NCBI RefSeq assembly: GCF_054482595.1
Contig: NZ_CM137008.1
DNA: 64,000 nt
Reading direction: 5' to 3' (one strand)
Each line of letters opens with the position of its first letter. Within the stretch, counting starts at the first letter, position 1. Below the pieces are notes generated by a model that did no database searches, was not told the DNA's origin, and worked only from the letters and a program-made list of their open reading frames with translations. Positions 40,768 through 53,391 of this stretch are shown piece by piece. The position numbers were made by a program, and so were the translations under genes.

Positions 40768-42189
40768 ATGATGAGCAAAATAAACCAAACGGATATCGAT
40801 CGGTTGATTGAACTAGTCGGCGGGCGCGGCAATATTGCGACGGTGAGCCACTGTATTACTCGCCTGCGCTTTGTCCTCAACCAACCGGCCAATGCCAGAC
40901 CGAAAGAAATTGAGCAACTCCCCATGGTGAAAGGCTGTTTCACCAATGCCGGGCAATTTCAGGTGGTGATTGGCACCAATGTGGGTGATTACTATCAAGC
41001 ACTAATAGCGTCAACCGGACAGGCGCAGGTTGATAAAGAGCAGGTAAAAAAAGCCGCCCGGCAGAATATGAAATGGCATGAGCAGTTGATCTCTCATTTC
41101 GCGGAGATCTTCTTCCCGTTGCTGCCCGCGTTGATTAGCGGCGGTTTGATCCTCGGTTTTCGCAATGTGATCGGCGATTTGCCCATGAGCAACGGTCAGA
41201 CGCTGGCGCAAATGTACCCTTCCCTGCAAACGATCTACGATTTTCTGTGGTTGATCGGTGAAGCGATCTTCTTCTACCTGCCGGTCGGTATTTGCTGGTC
41301 AGCGGTGAAAAAAATGGGCGGCACGCCGATCCTTGGTATCGTGCTTGGCGTGACACTGGTTTCCCCCCAGCTGATGAACGCTTATCTGCTCGGGCAGCAG
41401 CTGCCGGAAGTGTGGGACTTTGGCATGTTCAGCATCGCCAAAGTGGGCTATCAGGCGCAGGTGATCCCGGCACTGTTAGCCGGGCTGGCGCTGGGCGTTA
41501 TTGAAACTCGCCTTAAACGCATCGTACCGGATTACCTCTATCTGGTGGTGGTGCCCGTCTGTTCGCTGATCCTCGCGGTGTTCCTCGCCCATGCGCTGAT
41601 TGGTCCGTTTGGTCGCATGATTGGCGATGGCGTTGCCTTTGCGGTACGTCACCTGATGACCGGCAGCTTTGCTCCGATTGGTGCGGCATTGTTTGGCTTC
41701 CTGTACGCGCCGCTGGTGATCACCGGCGTACACCAGACCACCCTTGCTATTGATTTGCAGATGATTCAAAGCATGGGTGGCACGCCAGTGTGGCCGCTGA
41801 TTGCGCTGTCGAATATCGCTCAGGGCTCCGCCGTGATAGGCATTATCATTTCCAGCCGCAAGCACAATGAACGCGAGATCTCCGTGCCTGCCGCTATCTC
41901 CGCCTGGCTTGGGGTCACTGAGCCTGCAATGTACGGCATCAACCTGAAATATCGCTTCCCGATGCTGTGCGCGATGATTGGTTCTGGTCTGGCAGGATTG
42001 CTATGCGGCCTGAACGGCGTTATGGCGAATGGTATCGGCGTAGGGGGCCTGCCGGGAATTCTCTCGATTCAACCGAGCTACTGGCAGGTATTTGCGCTGG
42101 CAATGGCTATCGCCATCATCATCCCGATTGTACTCACCTCGTTTATCTACCAGCGGAAATACCGCCTGGGCACGCTGGACATTGTTTAA
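40768..42189 (+). CDS. treB: PTS trehalose-specific EIIBC component TreB
   Basis: 473-aa translation with EIIB cysteine motif (VSHCITRLRF) and polytopic EIIC domain. Confidence 0.9.
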   Translation: MMSKINQTDIDRLIELVGGRGNIATVSHCITRLRFVLNQPANARPKEIEQLPMVKGCFTNAGQFQVVIGTNVGDYYQALIASTGQAQVDKEQVKKAARQNMKWHEQLISHFAEIFFPLLPALISGGLILGFRNVIGDLPMSNGQTLAQMYPSLQTIYDFLWLIGEAIFFYLPVGICWSAVKKMGGTPILGIVLGVTLVSPQLMNAYLLGQQLPEVWDFGMFSIAKVGYQAQVIPALLAGLALGVIETRLKRIVPDYLYLVVVPVCSLILAVFLAHALIGPFGRMIGDGVAFAVRHLMTGSFAPIGAALFGFLYAPLVITGVHQTTLAIDLQMIQSMGGTPVWPLIALSNIAQGSAVIGIIISSRKHNEREISVPAAISAWLGVTEPAMYGINLKYRFPMLCAMIGSGLAGLLCGLNGVMANGIGVGGLPGILSIQPSYWQVFALAMAIAIIIPIVLTSFIYQRKYRLGTLDIV

Positions 42190-42238
42190 TTTTCTTCGGG
42201 GCGCAATTGCGCCCCCTCGCATTTGCAGGAATAACGTA

Positions 42239-43894
42239 ATGACTAATCTTCCCCACTGGTGGCAAAACGGCGTTATCTACCAGATTTATCCAAAGAGTTT
42301 TCAGGACACCACGGGTAGCGGCACCGGCGATTTACGTGGCGTTATCCAACGCCTGGACTATCTGCATAAACTGGGCGTTGATGCCATCTGGCTAACCCCC
42401 TTTTATGTCTCTCCCCAGGTCGATAACGGTTACGATGTAGCGAACTATACGGCGATTGATCCCACCTACGGCACGCTGGACGATTTTGACGAACTGGTGA
42501 CGCAGGCAAAATCGCGCGGGATTCGTATCATTCTCGATATGGTGTTTAACCATACCTCTACCCAACATGCCTGGTTTCGCGAGGCGCTGAACAAAGAAAG
42601 CCCTTACCGCCAGTTTTATATCTGGCGCGATGGCGAACCAGAAACGCCACCGAACAACTGGCGTTCAAAATTTGGCGGTAGTGCGTGGCGCTGGCATGCG
42701 GAAAGCGAACAGTACTATTTGCATCTCTTTGCACCAGAACAGGCGGATCTCAACTGGGAGAATCCAGCGGTACGCGCAGAGCTGAAAAAAGTCTGTGAAT
42801 TCTGGGCCGATCGTGGGGTCGACGGGTTGCGCCTGGATGTGGTGAATCTGATCTCCAAAGACCCGCGTTTCCCTGAAGACCTGGATGGCGACGGGCGTCG
42901 CTTTTACACCGACGGGCCACGAGCACACGAGTTTTTGCACGAGATGAACCGCGATGTGTTTACGCCACGCGGGTTAATGACCGTAGGTGAAATGTCCTCC
43001 ACCAGCCTTGAGCATTGCCAGCGATACGCGGCACTGACAGGCAGTGAATTGTCGATGACCTTTAATTTTCATCACCTGAAGGTCGATTATCCCGGTGGTG
43101 AAAAATGGACGCTGGCTAAACCTGACTTTGTGGCGTTGAAAACATTGTTCCGCCACTGGCAACAAGGAATGCACAACGTGGCATGGAATGCCTTGTTCTG
43201 GTGTAACCACGATCAGCCGCGCATTATTTCTCGCTTTGGTGATGAAGGTGAATACCGCGTGCCTGCGGCAAAAATGCTGGCGATGGTGCTGCATGGCATG
43301 CAGGGAACGCCGTATATCTACCAGGGCGAAGAGATTGGCATGACCAACCCGCATTTCACGCGCATTACTGACTATCGCGACGTGGAGAGCCTCAATATGT
43401 TTGCCGAGCTGCGCAACGATGGTCGTGATGCCGACGAGTTATTGGCAATCCTCGCCAGTAAATCCCGTGACAACAGCCGCACGCCCATGCAATGGAGCAA
43501 CGGCGATAATGCCGGGTTTACGGCTGGCGAACCGTGGATTGGCCTGGGCGATAACTATCAACAAATCAACGTAGAAGCCGCGCTGGCCGATGAGTCCTCG
43601 GTGTTTTACACCTACCAAAAGTTAATCGCACTGCGTAAGCAAGAAGCCATCCTGACATGGGGCAATTACCAGGATCTGCTGCCAAACAGCCCTGTATTGT
43701 GGTGCTATCGCCGTGAATGGAAGGGGCAAACCTTGCTGGTCATTGCCAACCTTAGCCGTGAGATCCAACCCTGGCAGCCAGGGCAAATGCGCGGCAACTG
43801 GCAGCTTGTGATGCATAACTACGAAGAAGCCTCACCACAACCCTGTGCCATGAATTTACGGCCTTTTGAGGCTGTCTGGTGGTTACAGAAGTAA
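42239..43894 (+). CDS. treC: Trehalose-6-phosphate hydrolase TreC (GH13)
   Basis: Start at internal ATG 42239 (MTNLPHWWQNGVIYQIYPKSF...); GH13 alpha-amylase family motifs (GVDAIWLTP, GLRLDVVN). Confidence 0.9.
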   Translation: MTNLPHWWQNGVIYQIYPKSFQDTTGSGTGDLRGVIQRLDYLHKLGVDAIWLTPFYVSPQVDNGYDVANYTAIDPTYGTLDDFDELVTQAKSRGIRIILDMVFNHTSTQHAWFREALNKESPYRQFYIWRDGEPETPPNNWRSKFGGSAWRWHAESEQYYLHLFAPEQADLNWENPAVRAELKKVCEFWADRGVDGLRLDVVNLISKDPRFPEDLDGDGRRFYTDGPRAHEFLHEMNRDVFTPRGLMTVGEMSSTSLEHCQRYAALTGSELSMTFNFHHLKVDYPGGEKWTLAKPDFVALKTLFRHWQQGMHNVAWNALFWCNHDQPRIISRFGDEGEYRVPAAKMLAMVLHGMQGTPYIYQGEEIGMTNPHFTRITDYRDVESLNMFAELRNDGRDADELLAILASKSRDNSRTPMQWSNGDNAGFTAGEPWIGLGDNYQQINVEAALADESSVFYTYQKLIALRKQEAILTWGNYQDLLPNSPVLWCYRREWKGQTLLVIANLSREIQPWQPGQMRGNWQLVMHNYEEASPQPCAMNLRPFEAVWWLQK

Positions 43895-44287
43895 ATCTTC
43901 CCTAAGCCCCGGTAATGCCGGTCATTCCGGGGTTTTGTCTGTCAGCATGTTGTTTTTGTTGATTTTTCAACCAGCAAATTCATTAAAAAATTTACATAAC
44001 GCTGTAGCGCCCGTCATCCGTACGCTCTGCTTTTTACTTTGAGCTACATCAAAAAAAGTTAAAACATCCTTGATGCAAAGCACTATATATAGACTTTAAA
44101 ATGCGTCCCAACCCAATATGTTGTATTAATCGACTATAATTGCTACTACAGCTCCCCACGAAAAAGGTGCGGCGTTGTGGATAAGCGGATGGCGATTGCG
44201 GAAAGCACCGGAAAACGAAACGAAAAAACCGGAAAACGCCTTTCCCAATTTCTGTGGATAACCTGTTCTTAAAAATATGGAGCGATC

Positions 44288-46426
44288 ATGACACCGCATG
44301 TGATGAAACGAGACGGCTGCAAAGTGCCGTTTAAATCAGAGCGCATCAAAGAAGCGATTCTGCGTGCAGCTAAAGCAGCGGAAGTCGATGATGCCGATTA
44401 TTGCGCCACTGTTGCCGCGGTTGTCAGCGAGCAGATGCAGGGCCGCAACCAGGTGGATATCAACGAGATCCAGACCGCAGTTGAAAACCAGCTGATGTCG
44501 GGTCCATACAAACAACTGGCTCGTGCTTACATCGAGTACCGTCACGATCGCGACATTGAACGTGAAAAACGCGGTCGCCTGAACCAGGAGATCCGTGGTC
44601 TGGTCGAGCAGACCAACGCCTCGTTACTCAACGAAAACGCCAACAAAGACAGCAAGGTGATTCCAACCCAGCGCGACCTGCTGGCCGGGATCGTGGCTAA
44701 ACACTATGCACGCCAGCACCTGCTGCCGCGTGACGTGGTGCAGGCACATGAGCGTGGCGATATTCACTATCACGATCTCGATTACTCGCCGTTCTTCCCG
44801 ATGTTCAACTGCATGTTGATCGACCTGAAAGGCATGCTGACCCAGGGCTTTAAAATGGGGAACGCCGAGATTGAACCGCCGAAGTCGATCTCTACGGCAA
44901 CCGCGGTAACTGCGCAGATTATTGCTCAGGTCGCCAGCCATATTTATGGCGGCACCACCATTAACCGTATCGATGAAGTGCTGGCACCGTTTGTCACCGC
45001 CAGCTACAACAAACATCGCAAGACCGCAGAAGAGTGGAACATCCCGGACGCCGAAGGCTACGCTAACTCTCGTACCATTAAAGAGTGCTACGATGCCTTC
45101 CAGTCGCTGGAGTACGAAGTAAACACCCTGCACACCGCCAACGGTCAGACGCCGTTTGTAACCTTTGGTTTTGGCCTGGGCACCAGCTGGGAATCGCGCC
45201 TGATTCAGGAATCGATCCTGCGTAACCGTATCGCAGGCCTCGGTAAAAACCGTAAAACTGCGGTGTTCCCGAAACTGGTGTTTGCGATTCGCGATGGCCT
45301 GAACCATAAAAAAGGCGATCCGAACTACGACATCAAACAGCTGGCGCTGGAGTGCGCAAGCAAGCGCATGTATCCGGATATCCTGAACTACGATCAGGTA
45401 GTGAAAGTCACCGGTTCGTTTAAAACCCCGATGGGCTGCCGCAGCTTCCTCGGCGTGTGGGAAAATGAAAACGGCGAGCAGATCCACGATGGTCGTAACA
45501 ACCTCGGCGTGATCAGCCTGAACCTGCCGCGTATTGCTCTGGAAGCAAAAGGCGATGAAGCCACCTTCTGGAAGCTGCTGGATGAACGTCTGGTGCTGGC
45601 ACGTAAGGCGCTGATGACCCGTATCGCTCGTCTCGAAGGCGTGAAAGCGCGCGTGGCCCCGATCCTCTATATGGAAGGTGCTTGTGGCGTGCGTCTGAAT
45701 GCTGACGATGATGTTTCTGAAATCTTCAAAAACGGTCGTGCGTCTATTTCGCTGGGTTACATCGGCATCCACGAAACCATTAACGCGCTGTTCGGCGGCG
45801 AGCATGTATATGACAACGAGCAGCTTCGCGCGAAAGGTATCGCCATTGTTGAACGTCTGCGTCAGGCAGTGGATCAGTGGAAAGAAGAAACGGGTTATGG
45901 TTTCAGTCTCTACAGCACGCCGAGTGAAAACCTGTGCGACCGCTTCTGCCGTCTCGATACTGCTGAGTTTGGCGTGGTGCCGGGCGTGACCGATAAAGGT
46001 TACTACACCAACAGTTTCCACCTCGATGTGGAGAAGAAGGTGAACCCGTACGACAAGATCGACTTTGAAGCGCCTTACCCGCCGCTGGCGAACGGTGGTT
46101 TCATTTGCTACGGCGAGTATCCAAACATTCAGCACAACCTGAAGGCGCTGGAAGATGTCTGGGATTACAGCTATCAGCATGTACCGTATTACGGCACCAA
46201 TACACCGATTGATGAGTGCTACGAGTGTGGCTTTACCGGTGAGTTCGAGTGCACCAGCAAAGGCTTCACTTGCCCGAAATGTGGTAACCATGACGCCTCC
46301 CGTGTGTCGGTAACTCGCCGCGTGTGCGGATATTTAGGTAGCCCGGATGCACGTCCGTTTAACGCTGGTAAGCAGGAAGAAGTTAAGCGCCGCGTTAAAC
46401 ATTTGGGGAATGGGCAGATAGGTTAA
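44288..46426 (+). CDS. nrdD: Anaerobic ribonucleoside-triphosphate reductase NrdD
   Basis: 712-aa translation with C-terminal glycyl-radical region and zinc-ribbon cysteines (CYECGFTGEFECTSKGFTCPKCG). Confidence 0.95.
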   Translation: MTPHVMKRDGCKVPFKSERIKEAILRAAKAAEVDDADYCATVAAVVSEQMQGRNQVDINEIQTAVENQLMSGPYKQLARAYIEYRHDRDIEREKRGRLNQEIRGLVEQTNASLLNENANKDSKVIPTQRDLLAGIVAKHYARQHLLPRDVVQAHERGDIHYHDLDYSPFFPMFNCMLIDLKGMLTQGFKMGNAEIEPPKSISTATAVTAQIIAQVASHIYGGTTINRIDEVLAPFVTASYNKHRKTAEEWNIPDAEGYANSRTIKECYDAFQSLEYEVNTLHTANGQTPFVTFGFGLGTSWESRLIQESILRNRIAGLGKNRKTAVFPKLVFAIRDGLNHKKGDPNYDIKQLALECASKRMYPDILNYDQVVKVTGSFKTPMGCRSFLGVWENENGEQIHDGRNNLGVISLNLPRIALEAKGDEATFWKLLDERLVLARKALMTRIARLEGVKARVAPILYMEGACGVRLNADDDVSEIFKNGRASISLGYIGIHETINALFGGEHVYDNEQLRAKGIAIVERLRQAVDQWKEETGYGFSLYSTPSENLCDRFCRLDTAEFGVVPGVTDKGYYTNSFHLDVEKKVNPYDKIDFEAPYPPLANGGFICYGEYPNIQHNLKALEDVWDYSYQHVPYYGTNTPIDECYECGFTGEFECTSKGFTCPKCGNHDASRVSVTRRVCGYLGSPDARPFNAGKQEEVKRRVKHLGNGQIG

Positions 46427-46447
46427 TCTTCACTCTGCGCTAAGCAA

Positions 46448-46575
<128 letters not shown>

Positions 46576-46583
46576 GCGAAATA

Positions 46584-47048
46584 ATGAATTATCATCAGTA
46601 CTATCCTGTCGACATCGTCAACGGCCCCGGCACTCGCTGCACCCTGTTTGTCTCCGGGTGTGTTCATGAATGCCCCGGTTGCTATAACAAAAGCACATGG
46701 CGGGTAAATTCTGGTCAGCCATTTACCAAAGCAATGGAAGACCAGATCATTAACGATCTGAATGACACTCGTATCAAACGCCAGGGGATTTCCCTCTCCG
46801 GCGGCGATCCGCTGCATCCGCAAAACGTGCCGGATATTCTGAAACTGGTACAACGCATCCGCGCCGAGTGTCCGGGTAAAGACATCTGGGTGTGGACAGG
46901 CTATAAACTCGACGAACTCAACGCTGCGCAAATGCAGGTTGTTGATTTGATTAACGTGCTGGTCGACGGCAAATTTGTGCAGGATTTAAAAGACCCTTCC
47001 CTGATCTGGCGCGGCAGCAGCAATCAGGTGGTGCATCATTTGCGATGA
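46584..47048 (+). CDS. nrdG: Anaerobic ribonucleotide reductase activating protein NrdG (radical SAM)
   Basis: 154-aa translation with cysteine cluster CVHECPGCYN. Confidence 0.9.
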   Translation: MNYHQYYPVDIVNGPGTRCTLFVSGCVHECPGCYNKSTWRVNSGQPFTKAMEDQIINDLNDTRIKRQGISLSGGDPLHPQNVPDILKLVQRIRAECPGKDIWVWTGYKLDELNAAQMQVVDLINVLVDGKFVQDLKDPSLIWRGSSNQVVHHLR

Positions 47049-47092
47049 TAAGTTCCCTGTTACCTGAGTGCAGGCAACAGGGAAATAAGGAA

Positions 47093-47482
<390 letters not shown>

Positions 47483-47662
47483 TCACTTCCTTTTTTATTT
47501 ACACTTCATCCTTCACACTGCCTCATCGACGACTACGCTCATTCGACCGGATCACGTACTGCGAGTACGCTCCCCGGCCCTCATTCACTTTCCGTCTCGA
47601 TGCAGTGCGAATGATTTTGTGTAATTTTTTAGTTTATAGCGCGGCAGGTCGCGCCAGTTTTT

Positions 47663-49015
47663 TTACTGTCCGGCGATTTTCATCTCCGGCAACAGCACAG
47701 AACCACACTGTATATTACTGCGTGTTTCAATATCGTTACCGACGGTGACAATATTGCGCCACATATCTTTTAAATTACCTGCGATGGTGATTTCGCTAAC
47801 CGGATACTGAATTTCGCCGTTTTCTACCCAGAAGCCCGCCGCACCACGGGAATAATCACCGGTAATTGCACTCACGCCCTGGCCCATCAATTCCGTCACC
47901 ACCAGCCCGGTGCCCATCTCTTTGAGCATCTGCTCGAAGCTTAGACCTTGTCCGGCAATCCGCCAGTTGTGAATACCGCCCGCATGTCCGGTGCTTTTCA
48001 GCCCCAGTTTTCGCGCCGAATAGCTGGTCAGCAGCCACTGAGTCAGGATGCCATCTTTAATAATATCGCGACGCTCGGTGCGCACACCTTCGCTGTCGAA
48101 TGGCGTCGACGCCAGCCCTTTCAGCAGATGCGGATGCTCTTCAATGGTCAGCCAGTCCGGCAGAATTTGTTTACCCAGCGAATCCAGCAGGAAGGTAGAT
48201 TTACGGTAAACCGATCCACCCGCTATCGCCCCCACCAGATGGCCAAAAAGCCCGGTTGCCACTTCATTGGCAAAAATGACCGGCGCTTTCATGGTGGAGA
48301 GTTTACGCGGTGACAGGCGCGATAAAGTACGGCGAGCACAGTCGGCCCCAACCCACTCTGGCGTTTGCAGATCGCTCATCGCACGACCAATGGTGTAGGC
48401 GTAATCACGCTCCATATCGCCATTTTCTTCGGCAATTACACAGCTGGAGAGCGAATGACGCGTTGAGCAGTAACCCTGCAACATGCCGTGGCTGTTGCCA
48501 AAAACTTTGACACCGTAGTGGCTGTTAAAGCTGCCACCTTCGGTATTGGTGATGCGTTTGTCCGCCTGCAATGCCGCCTGTTCTGCGCGGGCCGCCAGTT
48601 CAATGGCTTCATCCGGGGAAACTTCCGCAGGGTGGAACAAGTCGAGATCTGGTGCGTCAAAGGCCAGCAGCTCTTTGTCTGCCACGCCGGCACAGGGATC
48701 TGGCGAGGTATAACGGGCAATATCCAGCGCCGCCTGTACAGTACGGGCAATGGCCTGCGGGCTTAAATCGGTGGATGATGCGCTACCTTTGCGGTTCTGG
48801 TGATAAACAGTGATCCCCAGCGCGCCATCGCTATTGAATTCAACATTCTCCACTTCACCATAACGCGTGCTTACGCTAATGCCGGTGGTCTTGCTGACGG
48901 CAACTTCCGCACCGTCCGATTTGCCTGAGGCCAACTCCAGCGCAGTGGAAACTGCTTCTTCCAGAATCTTGCGCTGCGCTTCAACTTGAGAGATTACTTT
49001 CATTGCAAGTGCCAT
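47663..49015 (-). CDS. pmbA: Metalloprotease PmbA (TldE)
   Basis: 450-aa translation at the K-12 pmbA position. Confidence 0.9.
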
Positions 49016-49108
49016 AATGTAGAGAGTTTCTCTGAAGTCTAACAGAGAACCGTTTTTCAGTGCGCATCTTAACTGGTAACATTAGCCTCTTTTTTTAAGG
49101 AGCCTGAG

Positions 49109-49660
49109 ATGACTAAGCAGCCCGAAGACTGGCTCGACGACGTTCCCGGTGATGACATCGAAGACGAAGACGATGAAATTATCTGGGTCAGTAAAAGTGA
49201 AATTAAACGTGATGCCGAGGAGCTAAAACGCCTTGGCGCGGAAATTGTTGATCTGGGGAAAAACGCGCTGGATAAGATCCCGTTAGATGCGGATCTGCGC
49301 GCGGCTATTGAGCTCGCCCAGCGTATTAAGATGGAAGGTCGCCGCCGCCAGTTGCAGCTCATCGGTAAGATGCTGCGCCAGCGCGACGTAGAGCCTATTC
49401 GTCAGGCGCTGGATAAGCTGAAAAACCGTCACAACCAGCAGGTGGTGCTGTTCCATAAACTGGAAAACCTGCGCGATCGTCTGATCGATCAAGGTGATGA
49501 CGCCATCGCTGAGGTATTAAATCTGTGGCCCGATGCCGATCGTCAGCAACTGCGTACTCTGATCCGCAACGCGAAGAAAGAGAAAGAAGGGAATAAGCCG
49601 CCGAAATCCGCACGCCAGATTTTCCAGTATCTGCGCGAACTGGCGGAGAATGAAGGGTAA
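49109..49660 (+). CDS. yjgA: Ribosome-associated protein YjgA (DarP, DUF615)
   Basis: 183-aa translation with acidic N-terminus and basic C-terminus. Confidence 0.85.
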
Positions 49661-49684
49661 TTTTCGTTGTTGATGTGAGTATGG

Positions 49685-49800
49685 TTTGCCGGATGCGGTG
49701 CACCTGTAGGCCTGATAAGACGCATCAAGCGTCGCATCAGGCACTATGCTCAAATGCCGGATGCGGCGTGAACGCCTTATCCGGCCTACGCACACTATAT
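49685..49800. repeat. REP elements downstream of yjgA
   Basis: gccggatgcggtgcacctgtaggcctgataagacgcatcaagcgtcgcatcaggc and gccggatgcggcgtgaacgccttatccggcctac units. Confidence 0.5.
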
Positions 49801-49815
49801 CAGGCTAAGGCCGAA

Positions 49816-51189
49816 TTACTGCGCGGCTTCCGCTTTCTTCGCCAGACCATCCAGCAGTTTCTGATGGATCCCACCAAAACCGCCGTTGCTCATCACCAGA
49901 ATATGGTCGCCAGGCTGAGCGGTTTTCACCACCATATCTGCCAGCGTATCCACATCGCCACTCCAGTGTGCAGGCTGAACGCAGGCTTCTGCCACTTCTG
50001 CCACCTGCCACGGAATATGCGCCGGTTGCAGCAGGAAGACTTCATCGGCACGACCTAAAGAAGGTGCCAAATCGTCTTTGCAGATCCCCATTTTCATGGT
50101 ATTCGAGCGCGGTTCCAGCACAGCAATAATGCGCGCCGTACCACCAACTTTGCCACGCAGCGCCGCCAGCGTTGCCAGAATCGCCGTCGGGTGATGGGCA
50201 AAATCGTCATATACCGTGACGCCATTCGCTTCACCACGCAACTCCAGACGGCGACGAGCATTAATAAACGAACCCAGCGCGTTAGCGGCATCTGCCGGCG
50301 CTACACCAACATGGCGAGCCGCTGCAATCGCCATCAGGCCATTGTGCATATTATGTTCGCCTACCAGCGACCATTTCACTTCGCCCACTTTTTCGCCATC
50401 CAGCAAAACTTCCCATTCGGAAGCATCGGTGGTCAGCTTTTTCGCCTGCCAGTGACCCTGCTCACCCACCAGCTCCTGCTCGCTCCAGCAGCCCATCGCC
50501 ATGGTCTGTTTCAGGTTGATGTCGTTTTCTGGCCAGATAATACGGCCCTGCCCCGGAACGATACGCACCAGATGGTGGAACTGTTTCTGGATCGCTTTCA
50601 GGTCGTCAAAGATATCGGCGTGATCGAACTCAAGGTTGTTGAGGATCAGCGTACGCGGGCAGTAATGGACAAATTTAGAGCGTTTGTCGAAGAAGGCGCA
50701 GTCGTACTCATCCGCTTCGATAACAAAGAAGTCGCTTTCGCCCAGACGCGCCGAAACCTCAAAGTTCCCCGGCACACCGCCGATTACAAAGCCCGGTTTG
50801 TAACCACACTGTTCCAGAATCCAGGTCGCCATTCCCGCGGTGGTGGTTTTGCCGTGTGTACCGGCAACGGCCAGCACCCAGCGGTCGCGCAGCACAAAAT
50901 CGTGCAGCCACTGTGGACCTGACATATAAGGGATGTTTTTTTCCAGTACCGCTTCCACACACGGATTTCCACGGGTCATGGCGTTGCCAATAATCACCAG
51001 ATCCGGCTGCGGATCGAGCTGGCTGGCATCGTAACCCTGAATCAGTTCAATGCCTTGCTTCTCAAGTAAGGTGCTCATCGGCGGATACACATTGGCGTCC
51101 GAACCCGTTACTTCATGGCCTAACTGGCGCGCCAGCATCGCCAGACCGCCCATAAACGTGCCACAAATTCCTAAAATATGAATGCGCAT
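49816..51189 (-). CDS. mpl: UDP-N-acetylmuramate:L-alanyl-gamma-D-glutamyl-meso-diaminopimelate ligase Mpl
   Basis: 457-aa Mur ligase family translation ([31 protein letters not shown]...). Confidence 0.9.
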
Positions 51190-51364
51190 ACGTCACTATC
51201 CTTTTTTAATCTGCCGCTCATTTTACGCATATGTCGGGCAAGTGAGAAACGCATTTCAGGATAATCCGCAATTTGCTGGCGCGATTCACCTGAGCGCAAC
51301 ATTGAGATTATTTGTTAAGATTGTTGCGGTCGCTTTACTCCATAAACATTGCAGGGAAAGTTTT

Positions 51365-52363
51365 ATGAAAACGTTAGGTGAATTTATTGTCGAAAAGCAG
51401 CACGAGTTTTCTCATGCTACCGGTGAGCTCACTGCTTTGCTGTCGGCAATAAAACTGGGCGCCAAGATTATCCATCGTGATATCAACAAAGCAGGACTGG
51501 TTGATATCCTGGGTGCCAGCGGTGCTGAGAACGTGCAGGGCGAGGTTCAACAGAAACTCGACTTGTTCGCTAATGAAAAACTGAAAGCCGCACTGAAAGC
51601 ACGCGATATCGTTGCGGGCATTGCCTCTGAAGAAGAAGATGAGATTGTCGTCTTTGAAGGCTGTGAACACGCAAAATACGTGGTGCTGATGGACCCCCTG
51701 GATGGCTCGTCCAACATCGATGTTAACGTCTCTGTCGGTACCATTTTCTCCATCTACCGCCGCGTTACGCCTGTTGGCACGCCGGTAACGGAAGAAGATT
51801 TCCTCCAGCCTGGTAACAAACAGGTTGCGGCAGGTTACGTGGTATACGGCTCCTCTACCATGCTGGTTTACACCACCGGATGCGGTGTTCACGCCTTTAC
51901 TTACGATCCTTCGCTCGGCGTTTTCTGCCTGTGCCAGGAACGGATGCGCTTCCCGGAGAAAGGCAAAACCTACTCCATCAACGAAGGAAACTACATTAAG
52001 TTTCCGAACGGGGTGAAGAAGTACATTAAATTCTGCCAGGAAGAAGATAAATCCACCAACCGCCCGTATACCTCACGTTATATCGGCTCACTGGTTGCGG
52101 ATTTCCACCGTAACCTACTGAAAGGCGGTATTTATCTCTACCCAAGCACCGCCAGCCACCCGGACGGCAAACTGCGTTTGCTGTATGAGTGCAACCCGAT
52201 GGCATTCCTGGCGGAACAAGCGGGCGGTAAAGCGAGCGATGGCAAAGAGCGTATTCTGGATATTATCCCGGAAACCCTGCACCAGCGCCGTTCGTTCTTT
52301 GTCGGCAACGACCATATGGTTGAAGATGTCGAACGCTTTATCCGTGAGTTCCCGGACGCGTAA
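51365..52363 (+). CDS. fbp: Fructose-1,6-bisphosphatase class 1 Fbp
   Basis: Start at internal ATG 51365 ([15 protein letters not shown]...); 332 aa. Confidence 0.9.
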
Positions 52364-52370
52364 TCTCCTG

Positions 52371-52397
52371 CGCCTCTCCACACGGAGAGGCGTTTTT
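52371..52397 (+). terminator. Rho-independent terminator downstream of fbp
   Basis: Stem cgcctctcc / ggagaggcg with a 4-nt loop, followed by T5. Confidence 0.55.
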
Positions 52398-53391
52398 ATT
52401 GCTGCGCAATGTTGACTCTTGTCACTGGCGAACTCTGACGATTCTCCCACAGCACCGTTAACCCACGCTGTAATGCTATAAAAATAAACAACAAAATACC
52501 GATGGCGATTTTCGTCCACCATGAGCTCAGCGTGCCATCAAAGTTTATGTAAGTCTGAATCAGTCCCTGAATCGCCACGCCAAAAAGCGTCCCTAATACC
52601 GTTCCAACGCCACCGCTCAAAAGCGTACCGCCAATCACCACTGAGGCGATAGCGTCCAGTTCCACACCTACGCCCGCCAGCGCATATCCGGCCTGGGTAT
52701 AAATCGAGAAGACAATCCCCGCCAGCGTTGCCAGTCCGGTGGAGAGCATATAAATGCGAATAGTAGTGCTACGGGTAGAAATCCCCATCAGGTTTGCCGA
52801 CGTCGCATTGCCGCCAATGGCGTATACCTGATTACCAAAACGGGTACGATGCGCGAGGAATATGCCGATAACCACCACCGCCAGCATCAGCAGCCCCATC
52901 GCACTTAAGCGACCGCCGCCAGGGATTTTCCATACAAGGCTTGAGAGCGTGTCATAAACAGGATGGTTTATCGGGATCGACTCTTCTGAGATGAGATAGC
53001 TGACACCGCGCAAAAAGAACATCCCTGCAAGGGTAATGATAAATGCCGGGATCTTCAGGGCGTCGATCAAAAGCCCCATAAATGCGCCGAAGGCACAGCC
53101 CATCACCAGCACCAGCGGAAACGCCAGCAGCGGTGAGAGACCGAAATCTCCAATCACTTTTGCCAGAAACACGCCGGTAAAGGCGATCACCGAACCGACG
53201 GAGAGATCGATCCCACCGGAGAGGATCACAAAGGTCATGCCAACGGCAATGATCCCAAGAAAGGCGTTATCGGTCAGGATATTGCAGATCACTCTTGTGG
53301 AAGCAAAACCGGGAAACTGGGTCAGGCAGTAAAGATAACCCAACACAAAGACGCCGATGGTGATCATCAGTGGCAAATTACGTTTTATCAC
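52396..53391 (-). CDS. yjfF: Galactofuranose ABC transporter permease YjfF
   Basis: 331-aa polytopic permease; overlaps the ytfT stop. Confidence 0.85.
   Translation of the reverse strand: MIKRNLPLMITIGVFVLGYLYCLTQFPGFASTRVICNILTDNAFLGIIAVGMTFVILSGGIDLSVGSVIAFTGVFLAKVIGDFGLSPLLAFPLVLVMGCAFGAFMGLLIDALKIPAFIITLAGMFFLRGVSYLISEESIPINHPVYDTLSSLVWKIPGGGRLSAMGLLMLAVVVIGIFLAHRTRFGNQVYAIGGNATSANLMGISTRSTTIRIYMLSTGLATLAGIVFSIYTQAGYALAGVGVELDAIASVVIGGTLLSGGVGTVLGTLFGVAIQGLIQTYINFDGTLSSWWTKIAIGILLFIFIALQRGLTVLWENRQSSPVTRVNIAQQ

Noticed and set aside
44624-46291. 555-aa minus-strand ORF
   Set aside because: Antisense to nrdD; no independent signals; shadow ORF.
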